In this document: piece after piece, positions 18,155-26,848 of the stretch
Layout of the letters: each line of letters begins with the position of its first letter
Position numbering within the stretch: the first letter of the stretch is position 1
Source: Parvibaculum sp.
Lineage (GTDB): Bacteria > Pseudomonadota > Alphaproteobacteria > Parvibaculales > Parvibaculaceae
DNA: 64,000 nucleotides
Direction of reading: 5' to 3'
Assembly: GCF_039680535.1 (NCBI RefSeq)
Contig: NZ_JBDKSS010000017.1
Span: forward strand, 47,650 to 111,649
Position numbers and translations under genes: made by a program
The notes under the pieces: generated by a model
Database searches by the model: none
Told to the model about the DNA's origin: nothing
What the model saw: only the letters and a program-made list of their open reading frames with translations

Positions 18155-19233
18155 CGCATCTGACCTATGGCGATCCGATCCCGGAAGACTTCTTCGACGG
18201 TGCTCGCGCGCGCATTCTCGACCTGCAGCGCGACAACGGTGCGATCCCCTGGTACGACGGCGGCGTCATCGATCCGTGGAACCATACGGAAGCGGCCATG
18301 GGCCTCACCGTCATCGGCGAGGTGGAGCGCGCGCGCCTCGCCTTCCGCTATTTGATGGAAACGCAGTTGAAGGACGGCTCCTGGTGGGGCCAACTCGGCA
18401 GCGCCGTGCCCTTCGACGAGGAAGACCACTACACCGGCGGCGATGAAGGCGCGGGCAAACCCATCCGGGACACGAATTTCACCGCCTATATCGCGACCGG
18501 CGCCTGGCACCATTATCTCATCACGCGCGACAGGCAGTGGCTCGGCACGGTCTGGCCGCATGTCGAAGCCGCGATGCAGTTCGTCGTCGCGCATCAGAGC
18601 CCGCATGGCGACATTCGCTGGGCCGCAAACGATCCGCACACGCCGGAAGACGACTCGCTCATCACCGGCTCGTCCTCGATCTACAAGAGCCTCGAATGCG
18701 CGATCCATATCGCGCAGGAACTCGGCAAGTCCTCGCATGACTGGGCGGCCGCCCGCACCCGCCTCGGCGAGGCGCTGCGCGACAAGCCGCACCGCTTCGA
18801 CCGCACATGGGAGTCGAAGGCGCGCTATTCGATGGACTGGTACTACCCCGTCCTCGCAGGCGTCATTACCGGCGAGGCCGCGCGCCGCCGCCTCGCTTCC
18901 AAGTGGGACATCTTCGTCGCCGAAGGCAAGGGCTGCCGCTGCGTGCTCGACCAGCCCTGGGTCACGGTCGCCGAAAGCGCCGAACTCGTCATGGCGCTGC
19001 TTGTCGCGGGCGAGCGCCAGAAGGCGGAAGCGCTGCTTTCATGGCAGCACCAATGGCGCGCCGATTGCGGCGCCTACTGGATGGGCTATCAGTTCGTCGA
19101 GAATGTCGCCTGGCCGGCGGAGAAGCCCGCCTGGACGGCAGCGGCCGTCATCCTCGCGACAGATGCCGTGACCGGCACGACGCCCGCATCGCGACTTTTC
19201 GCCGAGCGGACGCTGGCGGAAGCGGCGGAGTAG
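18151..19233 (+). CDS. Prenyltransferase/terpene-cyclase-fold (QW-repeat, alpha/alpha-toroid) protein
   Basis: Three QW-like repeats: LQRDNGAIPW, TQLKDGSWWG, HQSPHGDIRW. ATG 18151 overlaps the upstream methyltransferase stop (ATGA). I saw no DxDD or DDxxD motif. Confidence 0.65.
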   Translation: MTHLTYGDPIPEDFFDGARARILDLQRDNGAIPWYDGGVIDPWNHTEAAMGLTVIGEVERARLAFRYLMETQLKDGSWWGQLGSAVPFDEEDHYTGGDEGAGKPIRDTNFTAYIATGAWHHYLITRDRQWLGTVWPHVEAAMQFVVAHQSPHGDIRWAANDPHTPEDDSLITGSSSIYKSLECAIHIAQELGKSSHDWAAARTRLGEALRDKPHRFDRTWESKARYSMDWYYPVLAGVITGEAARRRLASKWDIFVAEGKGCRCVLDQPWVTVAESAELVMALLVAGERQKAEALLSWQHQWRADCGAYWMGYQFVENVAWPAEKPAWTAAAVILATDAVTGTTPASRLFAERTLAEAAE

Positions 19234-19244
19234 ATACTCCTGCT

Positions 19245-19646
19245 TCACGGCGGCTCCATCCGAATAACGCGACCGCTCTCGCTCGCTAAAGCTGCCACGC
19301 GATCATATTCGCTTTTGGATATTGTCGTGAAGGCAATCCGCTCGTCCAAACCTCTTCGAAGCAAGAGCACGTAGCTGCAAGTACTTTCGAGATAAAGATT
19401 ACCGTCAGATGCAAGCGGGATATCGACATCACCACCGTTGGCGTAATCGCTTGCTGCTTTTTCCATCAGCCTTCGCAATGACGGCGTGAATGCTGCCTTA
19501 AACTCTCGCTTCTCCAGAGATGAAAATCTGGAATAGCAAATAGAATTCTCGTTCGGCGCATCGCCGCAGCCCGCCAATGCGATCAATGCAATCAATGACA
19601 ACTGCGCAGCTATCGACCGTGTACGGTCAAAATTGCTTGTCACCAT
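19245..19646 (-). CDS. Hypothetical lipoprotein in an AT-richer islet
   Basis: From ATG 19646 the protein begins MVTSNFDRTRSIAAQLSLIALIALAG|C, a signal peptide plus lipobox. The ORF-track start at 19700 would add 18 aa. I recognise no family. Confidence 0.55.
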   Translation of the reverse strand: MVTSNFDRTRSIAAQLSLIALIALAGCGDAPNENSICYSRFSSLEKREFKAAFTPSLRRLMEKAASDYANGGDVDIPLASDGNLYLESTCSYVLLLRRGLDERIAFTTISKSEYDRVAALASESGRVIRMEPP

Positions 19647-19655
19647 CCCCCCCCC
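19647..19655. repeat. Homopolymeric C9 tract (G9 on the coding strand) abutting the lipoprotein start codon
   Basis: Read directly from the sequence: caccatCCCCCCCCCaaag. On the minus strand this is GGGGGGGGG followed immediately by ATG. Confidence 0.9.
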
Positions 19656-19792
19656 AAAGAAAGCCAACCTCAGCATATAGAGGCTTTGCGCTGGGATCAC
19701 GCGGACATAGGGCCAATAAGCGCCCTCATCCGGCGGAAGACGTGGATGCGCGGATCAAGTCCGCGCATGACGATTATTGTTGAGCGGGCGGA

Positions 19793-20458
19793 TTACCCTA
19801 ACCTTCTCAACACCCTCAAACTCTTCACCGCTCGCTCCTCCGCAAAGAGGTTCGACGCCAGCGCCATCATGAAAATCTCATGGGGCGGGCGGCCGCCGTC
19901 TTTCGGGTCGGGGAAGACGTCGTGGATCGCGAGAATGCCGCCGGGGACGACGCGGGGCGCCCAGTGGCGGTAGTCGGCAAGCGCCGGTTCCAGTCCGTGG
20001 CCACCATCGATGAAGACCATGCCGAGCGGCGTTGCCCAGCCTTTCGAGGCGACGGCCGAGGGCGCGACGATGGGAACCACCGTGTCTTCGAGCGCGGCCA
20101 TGCGGAGCGTGCGGCGGAAGAGCGGGAAAGTGTTGAGCTTGTCGGTCTCGGGATCGTAGAGCGCGGTGTCGTGATGCTCCCAGCCCTTCTGGTTTTCTTC
20201 CGAGCCATAGTGATGGTCGAGCGCGTAGAGCACCGCGCCGTTCTGCTGGCAGGCCGTGCCCAGATAGACCGTCGACTTGCCGCAATAGGAGCCGATTTCG
20301 AGGCAGGGGCCGAGCTTCGAAGCCTCCAGCGCCGCGTCGTGAAGCGCCCAGCCCTCCTCCACGTCCATGAAACCCTTCACGGCTTCGATATCGATGGGAA
20401 GTCGGCGAGCGGTCATCATGGCCTCATGATCGGCGTCGGGCGGGGAAAACAGGGTCAA
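19793..20458 (-). CDS. Class I SAM-dependent methyltransferase (O-methyltransferase family 3 / Methyltransf_24-like)
   Basis: Motifs LEIGSYCGKST and VFIDGGH. Length is 221 aa. Convergent with the GT4-MT-QW cluster. Confidence 0.75.
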   Translation of the reverse strand: MTLFSPPDADHEAMMTARRLPIDIEAVKGFMDVEEGWALHDAALEASKLGPCLEIGSYCGKSTVYLGTACQQNGAVLYALDHHYGSEENQKGWEHHDTALYDPETDKLNTFPLFRRTLRMAALEDTVVPIVAPSAVASKGWATPLGMVFIDGGHGLEPALADYRHWAPRVVPGGILAIHDVFPDPKDGGRPPHEIFMMALASNLFAEERAVKSLRVLRRLG

Positions 20459-20561
20459 TGGGTGCCATGTCCCGCCAGTCCGGGCAAGCGCGGACAGGCG
20501 GTAAGCAAAAACTAAGCAATCCTGTGGATGATGAAGCGAACCACCTCAGCCCGGCGGACCC

Positions 20562-21155
20562 ATGACGAGCGAACAGGACGTCGCCCAGAACGATTTCGAC
20601 ACCATCGAAAGCGCCGTGATGGAAAGCCCGCGCGGCCGCTGGTTTCTGGCCGAATTCGCGCGCCGCGCCCGTGCGGCGGACACCGACCGCCTGCTCGCCG
20701 CAATCGAACGGCACACCCACGCGCTCCAGGACGGGAAACCCGCCGCCTATCTCGAAACATTCCGGCGCGACCTCCAGGACATGTGCCGTTCCATCGTCGA
20801 GGCGCAGCAGGGCATCGCAGCGACCAAGCCGCGCGAAGGTTTCATGCCCCGCTCCGCCGAGCCGGGACAGGACGCCGAGACGATCGCCGCTTCGGCAGAA
20901 CGGGCGACGCTCGACATTCTCGCCGCCGTCGAGCGGTTGCAGGACATGGCCGATCAGTTGCGGCGTCAGGGCGCAGATGGCGACCTCTGCGACGAGATCG
21001 AGACCCATGCGCGGGGCATCTTCATGTCGGCTTCATTTCTCGACATCACGAGCCAGCGCACGACGAAGCTCGTCGGAACGCTCCGCTATCTGGAGCAGCG
21101 CCTCAACGCCATGCTGGCGCATGAGGGCAGCAAAGCCGCGCAGGCCGCCGACTAG
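20562..21155 (+). CDS. Conserved hypothetical protein (197 aa)
   Basis: This is the best-looking frame among three overlapping listed ORFs. The N-terminus ESPRGRWFLAEFARRARAADTDRLL and the C-terminus FLDITSQRTTKLVGTLRYLEQRL look conserved. I am not confident of any family assignment. Confidence 0.6.
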   Translation: MTSEQDVAQNDFDTIESAVMESPRGRWFLAEFARRARAADTDRLLAAIERHTHALQDGKPAAYLETFRRDLQDMCRSIVEAQQGIAATKPREGFMPRSAEPGQDAETIAASAERATLDILAAVERLQDMADQLRRQGADGDLCDEIETHARGIFMSASFLDITSQRTTKLVGTLRYLEQRLNAMLAHEGSKAAQAAD

Positions 21156-21781
21156 CGCGACGCCGGCACTTCGAAATTGATGCAGCCGACGCCCCATTGC
21201 GCCTCGCCATTGACGATGCGGCAGTTGAGCCGCGTCAGCGACAGCGGCGCAATCTCGACACGGAGCGATGTGGCGGGATCGAGGCCGAGCGCATGGCCGA
21301 TGGCCGCGCGAATGGTCGTGGCGTGGGCCACGGCGACAATCGAATGCCCCGCGTAATGCGTCGTGAGCCGATCGATGGCACCAGCGACACGGGCCGTGAG
21401 ATCGGCGAAGCTCTCGCCTTCCGGCGGCCGGATATGAGCCGGGTTCGACCAGTCGAGGCCGCGGTTCGCCGCATAGACATCATTGTGGCCGCGCCCCTGC
21501 CAGAGGCCGTAATCCTGCTCCGTGAGATCGGGAATCTCGACCGGATCGACGCCGGGCTTCAGGGCGAGCGCGGTGGCGCGCGTTCGGCTCAACGGCGACG
21601 CCATCCACACGCCCACCGGCGGCAGCTGCCGCGCGAGCACGGCGGCCACGACCGCGTCGACCGGCTCGCAGGCGACATCGAGGCGGCCATAGTAGCGCGA
21701 CTCCTGCCCCTGCACCGCGGCGTGCCTGATCCATATCCAGTCGGTGCGGCTCGGCAGGCTCATGCGATGCGCCCCCGTCAA
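21152..21781 (-). CDS. Histidine phosphatase family protein (phosphoglycerate mutase/CobC-like)
   Basis: IWIRHAAV (RH motif) and the distal VAVAHATTIRA are present. The listed start overlaps the arnT-like stop, and the true start may be MSLPS at 21763. Confidence 0.7.
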   Translation of the reverse strand: MTGAHRMSLPSRTDWIWIRHAAVQGQESRYYGRLDVACEPVDAVVAAVLARQLPPVGVWMASPLSRTRATALALKPGVDPVEIPDLTEQDYGLWQGRGHNDVYAANRGLDWSNPAHIRPPEGESFADLTARVAGAIDRLTTHYAGHSIVAVAHATTIRAAIGHALGLDPATSLRVEIAPLSLTRLNCRIVNGEAQWGVGCINFEVPASR

Positions 21782-23574
21782 TCCGCCGTGTGCCGCGTCT
21801 GCGAGTCGCCATCCTTCGGCTGGACGCCGTGCTTGTCCTCGAGGTCGTACCAGGGGTCGCAGATCATCTGCCCCTTGTCATTGAAGAGCGGATAATTCGA
21901 AAGGCCGATAGCGCGTTCCGTGCGTTTGATGACGCACATATGAAGCGGCATGCCGTTCGCCTTCCATGTCTCGAAAAGATTGGCCCGCATCACCATGAAC
22001 ATGAGGTCGTGGCCGTTCCAAAGCTTCGAGAACTGGTCCATCTGCATCACATACTGGCTGACGTCTTCCTGCGTCATGCCGAAGTCGAACTCGGCCTTGT
22101 TGTTCACGACGATGACCTTGTCCTTGATGTAGACGGGCAGGTCGTAGAAGAGCGTGCCGAAGCTCGCCACTCGCTCGCCATGCTGGCGATAGAGGTTGAT
22201 GGTTTCGGCCACGGGCTTGATCGAGTTTGGATCGGCCTTCGAGGCGACGAGGCTCACACCGATCCAGCCAAGCGCGCCGCCGACGATGACGCTCAGGAAT
22301 GTCGCACGCATGCCGAAACGCCGCGACAGGAAGAGCGTGGCGAGCGACGCGCCTATGAAAAGCACCGACATCGTGAATACGAATGGCTTGACCAGATCGA
22401 GATAGGGACCGACATCGGCATTCGCCCGCAAGGCCGGGATCGTATAGGCGATCGGCACGGCAAGACCGAGAAGGCCGAAGACGCCGGCGAAGACATAGCG
22501 CCCCACCGGCAGCGTGTCCGGCAAGCCTGCCTCGATGCGCGGTGCGACCACCCTGCCGACGAGCAGCGCGAGCGGCGGAAAGATCGGCAGGATGTAGGGA
22601 GGCAGCTTCGAACTCGACACGGAGAAGAAGACGAAGATGACGACTGCCCAGACGAGCAGGAACAGCTCGACCGGCTTTTCGTTCCGCGCCTTCCAGCTCG
22701 ACGGCAGCGCTTCTTTCACCGCGTTCCAGAGATAGCCCGTCCATGGCAGGAATCCGACCGCGAGGATCGCGACGAAATAATAGATCGGTCCATCGCGGCG
22801 ATGCACATCGGTGGTGAAACGCATCAGATGTTCATGGACGAAATAGAACCACAGGAAATCGTGGTTCCGCATCGCGGCCAGCACATGCCACGGCGCCGCG
22901 ACGAGCAGGAACAGCAGAATGCCCGAAGGACAAAGCGCGCGGCGCACGAAGGACCAGCGGCCCGACAGCGCGATCCAGACAAGACCGACGGCGCCCGGCA
23001 GCACCACGCCGATAAGCCCCTTCGAGAGAACCGCCAGCGCGGCGGCGACATGCCCTGCCCGCGCCCACCATATCGCGCGTTTCTCGTCCTTCTCCTCCGC
23101 CGAAAGCAGGAAGGAGAAAAGCGACGCCGCCATCGTCACGCTTTCGAGCATGTCCAGAATGATGAACCGCGCCAGCGCGTAGTAGAGAAGTGTCGTCGCG
23201 AGAATTGCCGCCGAGACGAGGCCCGCCGTTCGTCCATAGAAGCGACGGCCGATGCCATAGGTCATCAGGCAGCCCAGGAAACCGAGGATGGCCGGCCAGA
23301 GCCGCATCGTGCCTTCGGTGATCCCCAGCGCCTTGATTGCGCCGGCTTCCAGCCAATAGAAGAGCGGCGGCTTCTCGAAATAGAGAACGCCATCGAGGCG
23401 CGGCAACACATAGTCGCCGGTCTCCACCATCTCGCGCGGAATTTCGATGTAGCGCCCCTCGTCCGGCGAAGAGACGCTGCGCCCACCGATATCGAACAGG
23501 AAGAAGAGCGCCAGCAGCGCCGCGAAGAACAGCGGGACGGCGCGATGCCCCTTCAGAATATCTTCGAGCTTCAC
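21778..23574 (-). CDS. arnT: ArnT-like GT-C glycosyltransferase (undecaprenyl-phosphate-L-Ara4N:lipid A transferase family)
   Basis: N-terminal PDEGRYIEIPREM and YFEKPPLFYWL motifs. Multi-TM, 598 aa. Confidence 0.8.
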   Translation of the reverse strand: MKLEDILKGHRAVPLFFAALLALFFLFDIGGRSVSSPDEGRYIEIPREMVETGDYVLPRLDGVLYFEKPPLFYWLEAGAIKALGITEGTMRLWPAILGFLGCLMTYGIGRRFYGRTAGLVSAAILATTLLYYALARFIILDMLESVTMAASLFSFLLSAEEKDEKRAIWWARAGHVAAALAVLSKGLIGVVLPGAVGLVWIALSGRWSFVRRALCPSGILLFLLVAAPWHVLAAMRNHDFLWFYFVHEHLMRFTTDVHRRDGPIYYFVAILAVGFLPWTGYLWNAVKEALPSSWKARNEKPVELFLLVWAVVIFVFFSVSSSKLPPYILPIFPPLALLVGRVVAPRIEAGLPDTLPVGRYVFAGVFGLLGLAVPIAYTIPALRANADVGPYLDLVKPFVFTMSVLFIGASLATLFLSRRFGMRATFLSVIVGGALGWIGVSLVASKADPNSIKPVAETINLYRQHGERVASFGTLFYDLPVYIKDKVIVVNNKAEFDFGMTQEDVSQYVMQMDQFSKLWNGHDLMFMVMRANLFETWKANGMPLHMCVIKRTERAIGLSNYPLFNDKGQMICDPWYDLEDKHGVQPKDGDSQTRHTAD

Positions 23575-24512
23575 GCGCTTTCTCCCAATCTGTCACCGAC
23601 ATTGAGCGTCGCCAGCACCGCCTCGCTGGCGCCCGCCTCATCTTCTCCTTCGAAGCCGAAATGCACGATCTCGACCGCTCCCTCGCCCGCCGCGACGACG
23701 AGCGGGCGCAGCGAAAGCACCTCGCCGGGCTTCCCGCTTCCCTCGCTCACACGCGCGCACCAGATCATGAAGCGGCGGCCCGCAGCATCGGTGAAGGCGC
23801 CCGGAAAAGGCGGCGCCACGGCACGGACGAGATTGAAGATCTGCCGCGCGGTTTGCCGCCAATCGATATGGCCATCCTCAGGCGTGCGGATTCCGAAATA
23901 GGTTGCCTTGCTCACATCCTGAACGTGGCGCGGCGCGGTGCCCGCCTTGAGTCCGTCGATCTGGCGCAGGATGAGGCGTTCCGCGGCGGCGGGAATGCGC
24001 TCGGCCACCTCGCCCGCCGTTTCCTCGGGGCCGATGGAAACGGCTTCCATGTCGATGACGTCGCCCGCATCGGCTTCTTTCACCATGACATGCAGCGTTA
24101 CGCCTGTTTCTGACTCGCCGTGAATGATCGCCCAGTTCAGCGGCGCGCGTCCGCGATAGCGCGGCAGCAGCGAGCCATGCATGTTGTAGGCGCCGAGGCG
24201 CGCAAGCTTCAGAATGCGCTCGGGGATCATCTTTCGATAGTAGAACGAGAAGATCAGAGCGGGCGCAAGATCGCGGATGACGCGCTCTACCGTATCGCCG
24301 TCACGCGGCTCGGCCGTATAGACGGGAATGCCATGCGCCTTCGCCAGCGCCGCGCAGGAACGAAACCACTGCCTCTCGCCCGGCGAATCCTCATGCGTGA
24401 ACAGCGCCAGTATGTTTTCGCCGCGATCGATCAGCGCCTTGAGGCATGCGTGACCAACCTCGCTATAGGCGAAGACGACGATCCCCTGTCTCGCGGTATC
24501 GCGCGTTGTCAT
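23571..24512 (-). CDS. Formyltransferase (ArnA N-terminal-domain homologue, stand-alone)
   Basis: HGSLLPRYRGRAPLNWAIIHGE formyl-transfer motif. Length is 313 aa. The stop overlaps the arnT start by 4 nt. Confidence 0.8.
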   Translation of the reverse strand: MTTRDTARQGIVVFAYSEVGHACLKALIDRGENILALFTHEDSPGERQWFRSCAALAKAHGIPVYTAEPRDGDTVERVIRDLAPALIFSFYYRKMIPERILKLARLGAYNMHGSLLPRYRGRAPLNWAIIHGESETGVTLHVMVKEADAGDVIDMEAVSIGPEETAGEVAERIPAAAERLILRQIDGLKAGTAPRHVQDVSKATYFGIRTPEDGHIDWRQTARQIFNLVRAVAPPFPGAFTDAAGRRFMIWCARVSEGSGKPGEVLSLRPLVVAAGEGAVEIVHFGFEGEDEAGASEAVLATLNVGDRLGESA

Positions 24513-24514
24513 CC

Positions 24515-25492
24515 TCAGTTTTTCTCGTGGATGGCGCGAATGCGGAAACGCGCGCGCGAGCGGATCTGCTGATAGATGCGGCCCACATATTCGCCGACGA
24601 TGCCGAGGCCGGTGATGACCACACCGAGCAGGAAGAAGAGAATGGCGAAGAGCGTGAAGATGCCTTCCGCCTCCGGCCCGAGGAAGAGGCGGCGCAGTAG
24701 CATGTAGACAACGAGAAGCAGGCTCGCCGCCGAGACTGCCATGCCGACCATGGTGAAGACCTGTAGCGGCACGAGGCTGAAGCCCGTCATCAGGTCGAAA
24801 TTGAGACGGATGAGCTTGTAGAGATTGTAATTGGAGGCGCCGGCATGACGCGCGGCATGCTCCACCTCCACCTCGCTCGGCCGCTCGGCATAGAACTGCG
24901 CGAGCGCGGGAATGAATGTCGATGTCTCGCCGCTTTCGACGATCATGCGCACGATGTTGCGGCGATAGGCGCGCAGCATGCAGCCCTGATCGCGCATCTT
25001 GATGCCGGTGATGCGCTCGCGAATGAGGTTGATGATGCGCGAGGGCAAGGTCCGAAAAACACTGTCCTGCCGATTGCGGCGATAGGAGCCGACGACGTCG
25101 TGGCCCGCATCGACCTCCGCGAGGAGTTTGGGAATTTCCTCCGGCGGATTCTGCAGGTCCGCGTCCAGCGTCACGATGATCTCGCCGCGCGCGGTCTCGA
25201 AACCCGCCATGACCGCCATGTGCTGACCGTAATTCCGATCGAACTCGACAACGCGCATGATGTCGGGGCGCTTTTCGACGAAGCTCTTCATCAGCGCGAG
25301 CGAATTGTCCTTGCTGCCGTCATCGGTGAGGACCACCTCTGTCGGACGGCCGAGCTTGTCGACCACCGCCGTCAGCCGCTCGAAGAGCAGCGGCAGGTTC
25401 TTTTCCTCGTTGTAGACGGGGATGACGATGCTGATCTCCGGCGCTTTCGAAAGCGTCGGCGCGTGCGTCCCGATGGTCATGTCTTCGCTCAT
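24515..25492 (-). CDS. arnC: Undecaprenyl-phosphate 4-deoxy-4-formamido-L-arabinose transferase-like GT2
   Basis: ISIVIPVYNEE, TDDGSKDNS and TLDADLQNPPEEI motifs, plus two C-terminal TM helices. Confidence 0.8.
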   Translation of the reverse strand: MSEDMTIGTHAPTLSKAPEISIVIPVYNEEKNLPLLFERLTAVVDKLGRPTEVVLTDDGSKDNSLALMKSFVEKRPDIMRVVEFDRNYGQHMAVMAGFETARGEIIVTLDADLQNPPEEIPKLLAEVDAGHDVVGSYRRNRQDSVFRTLPSRIINLIRERITGIKMRDQGCMLRAYRRNIVRMIVESGETSTFIPALAQFYAERPSEVEVEHAARHAGASNYNLYKLIRLNFDLMTGFSLVPLQVFTMVGMAVSAASLLLVVYMLLRRLFLGPEAEGIFTLFAILFFLLGVVITGLGIVGEYVGRIYQQIRSRARFRIRAIHEKN

Positions 25493-25508
25493 GGTTTTAC
25501 GCTCTCGA

Positions 25509-25877
25509 TCAACTGCGTGAGATCATGATAACGCCGACGATGATGACGGCGATCCCGGCGATGCGGACGGGCGTCACGGCTTCGCCGAAGAAATACCAGG
25601 CGGCAACGGCGGTCACGATGTAGCCTACGGAAAGCAGGGGATAGGCAAAACTCACCTCGACACGCGACAGGGCGAGCAGCCAGACGGCGACGCTGACGAC
25701 ATAGCAGGCGAGTCCGAAAACGACATAGCCATTGGTGCCGATGCGCCAGCTCATGGCGAAAAGCGTCGCGGGGCTGAAGTCGAAATGGCCGATCTGGCGC
25801 ATGCCCTGCTTCAGCGCGAGCTGTGCTGCGGCATTGAGAAGAACGCCGGTGAAGATGAGCGGAAGATAGCGTGTCAT
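25509..25877 (-). CDS. ArnE/ArnF-like small EamA/SMR-type membrane protein (flippase subunit)
   Basis: 122 aa with four hydrophobic helices, located between the arnD and arnC homologues. Confidence 0.65.
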   Translation of the reverse strand: MTRYLPLIFTGVLLNAAAQLALKQGMRQIGHFDFSPATLFAMSWRIGTNGYVVFGLACYVVSVAVWLLALSRVEVSFAYPLLSVGYIVTAVAAWYFFGEAVTPVRIAGIAVIIVGVIMISRS

Positions 25878-26797
25878 GCCGCAAGTCCTTCAACGCGCGC
25901 GCCCTGCACGGCGAGCGTGCCGGAACGGCCGTCGATCTCGCCCTGTTCGAGCGTCGCCACGGCGATCGAAGCCCGATCCGCATTGAGCTTCGCCGCCTCG
26001 TCGGCAAGCGACACGAAGGAAACGCCGCGATCTCTTGCCCGGTCGAGAAACGCCGAGAACCATTGGGCCATGCTCATTCCTTCGATTTCGGCGTGAATGG
26101 TGAAAACATCGAGCCCACCCGCGAGGCGGTCGAGCAATGCGTCGGCGAGGCGTTCCGTCGGATATTCCGGGCGGCCCATCAGTTCGTCGAGCGTCGGCAG
26201 GGTCGTCGGTATCTGCAGCGTGCGGAAGCGGCGGCCATCGGCGACGGGAATGAACGGAGCGCCGCCACGCACATCGGTCGCGTAGTCGAGATTGGCAGCA
26301 TCATAAGCGGCGAGGCTTGCCGCATTGGCCTGCCAGCCCGCCGAGCCCGCCGTCCTTGCGGGATGCCCAAAAACCTCTTCATAGGCGCGCCGCGCCTTTC
26401 CGAACTCCTCGGCCACCCTTGCTTCGCTCAGCGAGAAGAGCCTGTCCTGCCAGAACACATGGTCCCAGCAGTGAATGCCAGTTTCGAAACCGGCATCGGC
26501 AACGGAGCGCAGGATTGCGGCGTTCTTCTTCGCGATCATCGGCCCCGGAAGGACGACGCCATTCATCAGCGTCCGCAAACCATAAGTCGAGACGACACTG
26601 GTGCGACTGACCTTGCTGAAGAAGCCCGGCCGGAAGATACGGCGAATGGCGCGGCCCGTATTGTCCGGCCCGAGCGAGAAGAGAAACGTCGCAGGAATGC
26701 CCTTGCGCGCAAGGAGGTCTCTCAAGGCCGGCACCCCCTCCCGCGTTCCGCGGTCGGTGTCGACGTCGATCTTGATGGCGAGCCTCGATGCGCTCAT
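25874..26797 (-). CDS. arnD: ArnD-like deformylase (NodB/polysaccharide deacetylase fold)
   Basis: N-terminus LAIKIDVDTDRGTREGVPAL...ATFLFSLGPDNTG matches the ArnD pattern. Confidence 0.8.
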   Translation of the reverse strand: MSASRLAIKIDVDTDRGTREGVPALRDLLARKGIPATFLFSLGPDNTGRAIRRIFRPGFFSKVSRTSVVSTYGLRTLMNGVVLPGPMIAKKNAAILRSVADAGFETGIHCWDHVFWQDRLFSLSEARVAEEFGKARRAYEEVFGHPARTAGSAGWQANAASLAAYDAANLDYATDVRGGAPFIPVADGRRFRTLQIPTTLPTLDELMGRPEYPTERLADALLDRLAGGLDVFTIHAEIEGMSMAQWFSAFLDRARDRGVSFVSLADEAAKLNADRASIAVATLEQGEIDGRSGTLAVQGARVEGLAA

Positions 26798-26848
26798 TTC
26801 AGTCCACTAATCGCGGGCGGCCGAAGACGAACGGCAATTCGCCGCCCG

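Noticed and set aside
21790-23901. 703-aa plus-strand ORF.
   Set aside because: It is antisense to the ArnT-like and formyltransferase genes. It is extremely Arg/Glu/Asp-rich with no motifs, so it is a shadow ORF.
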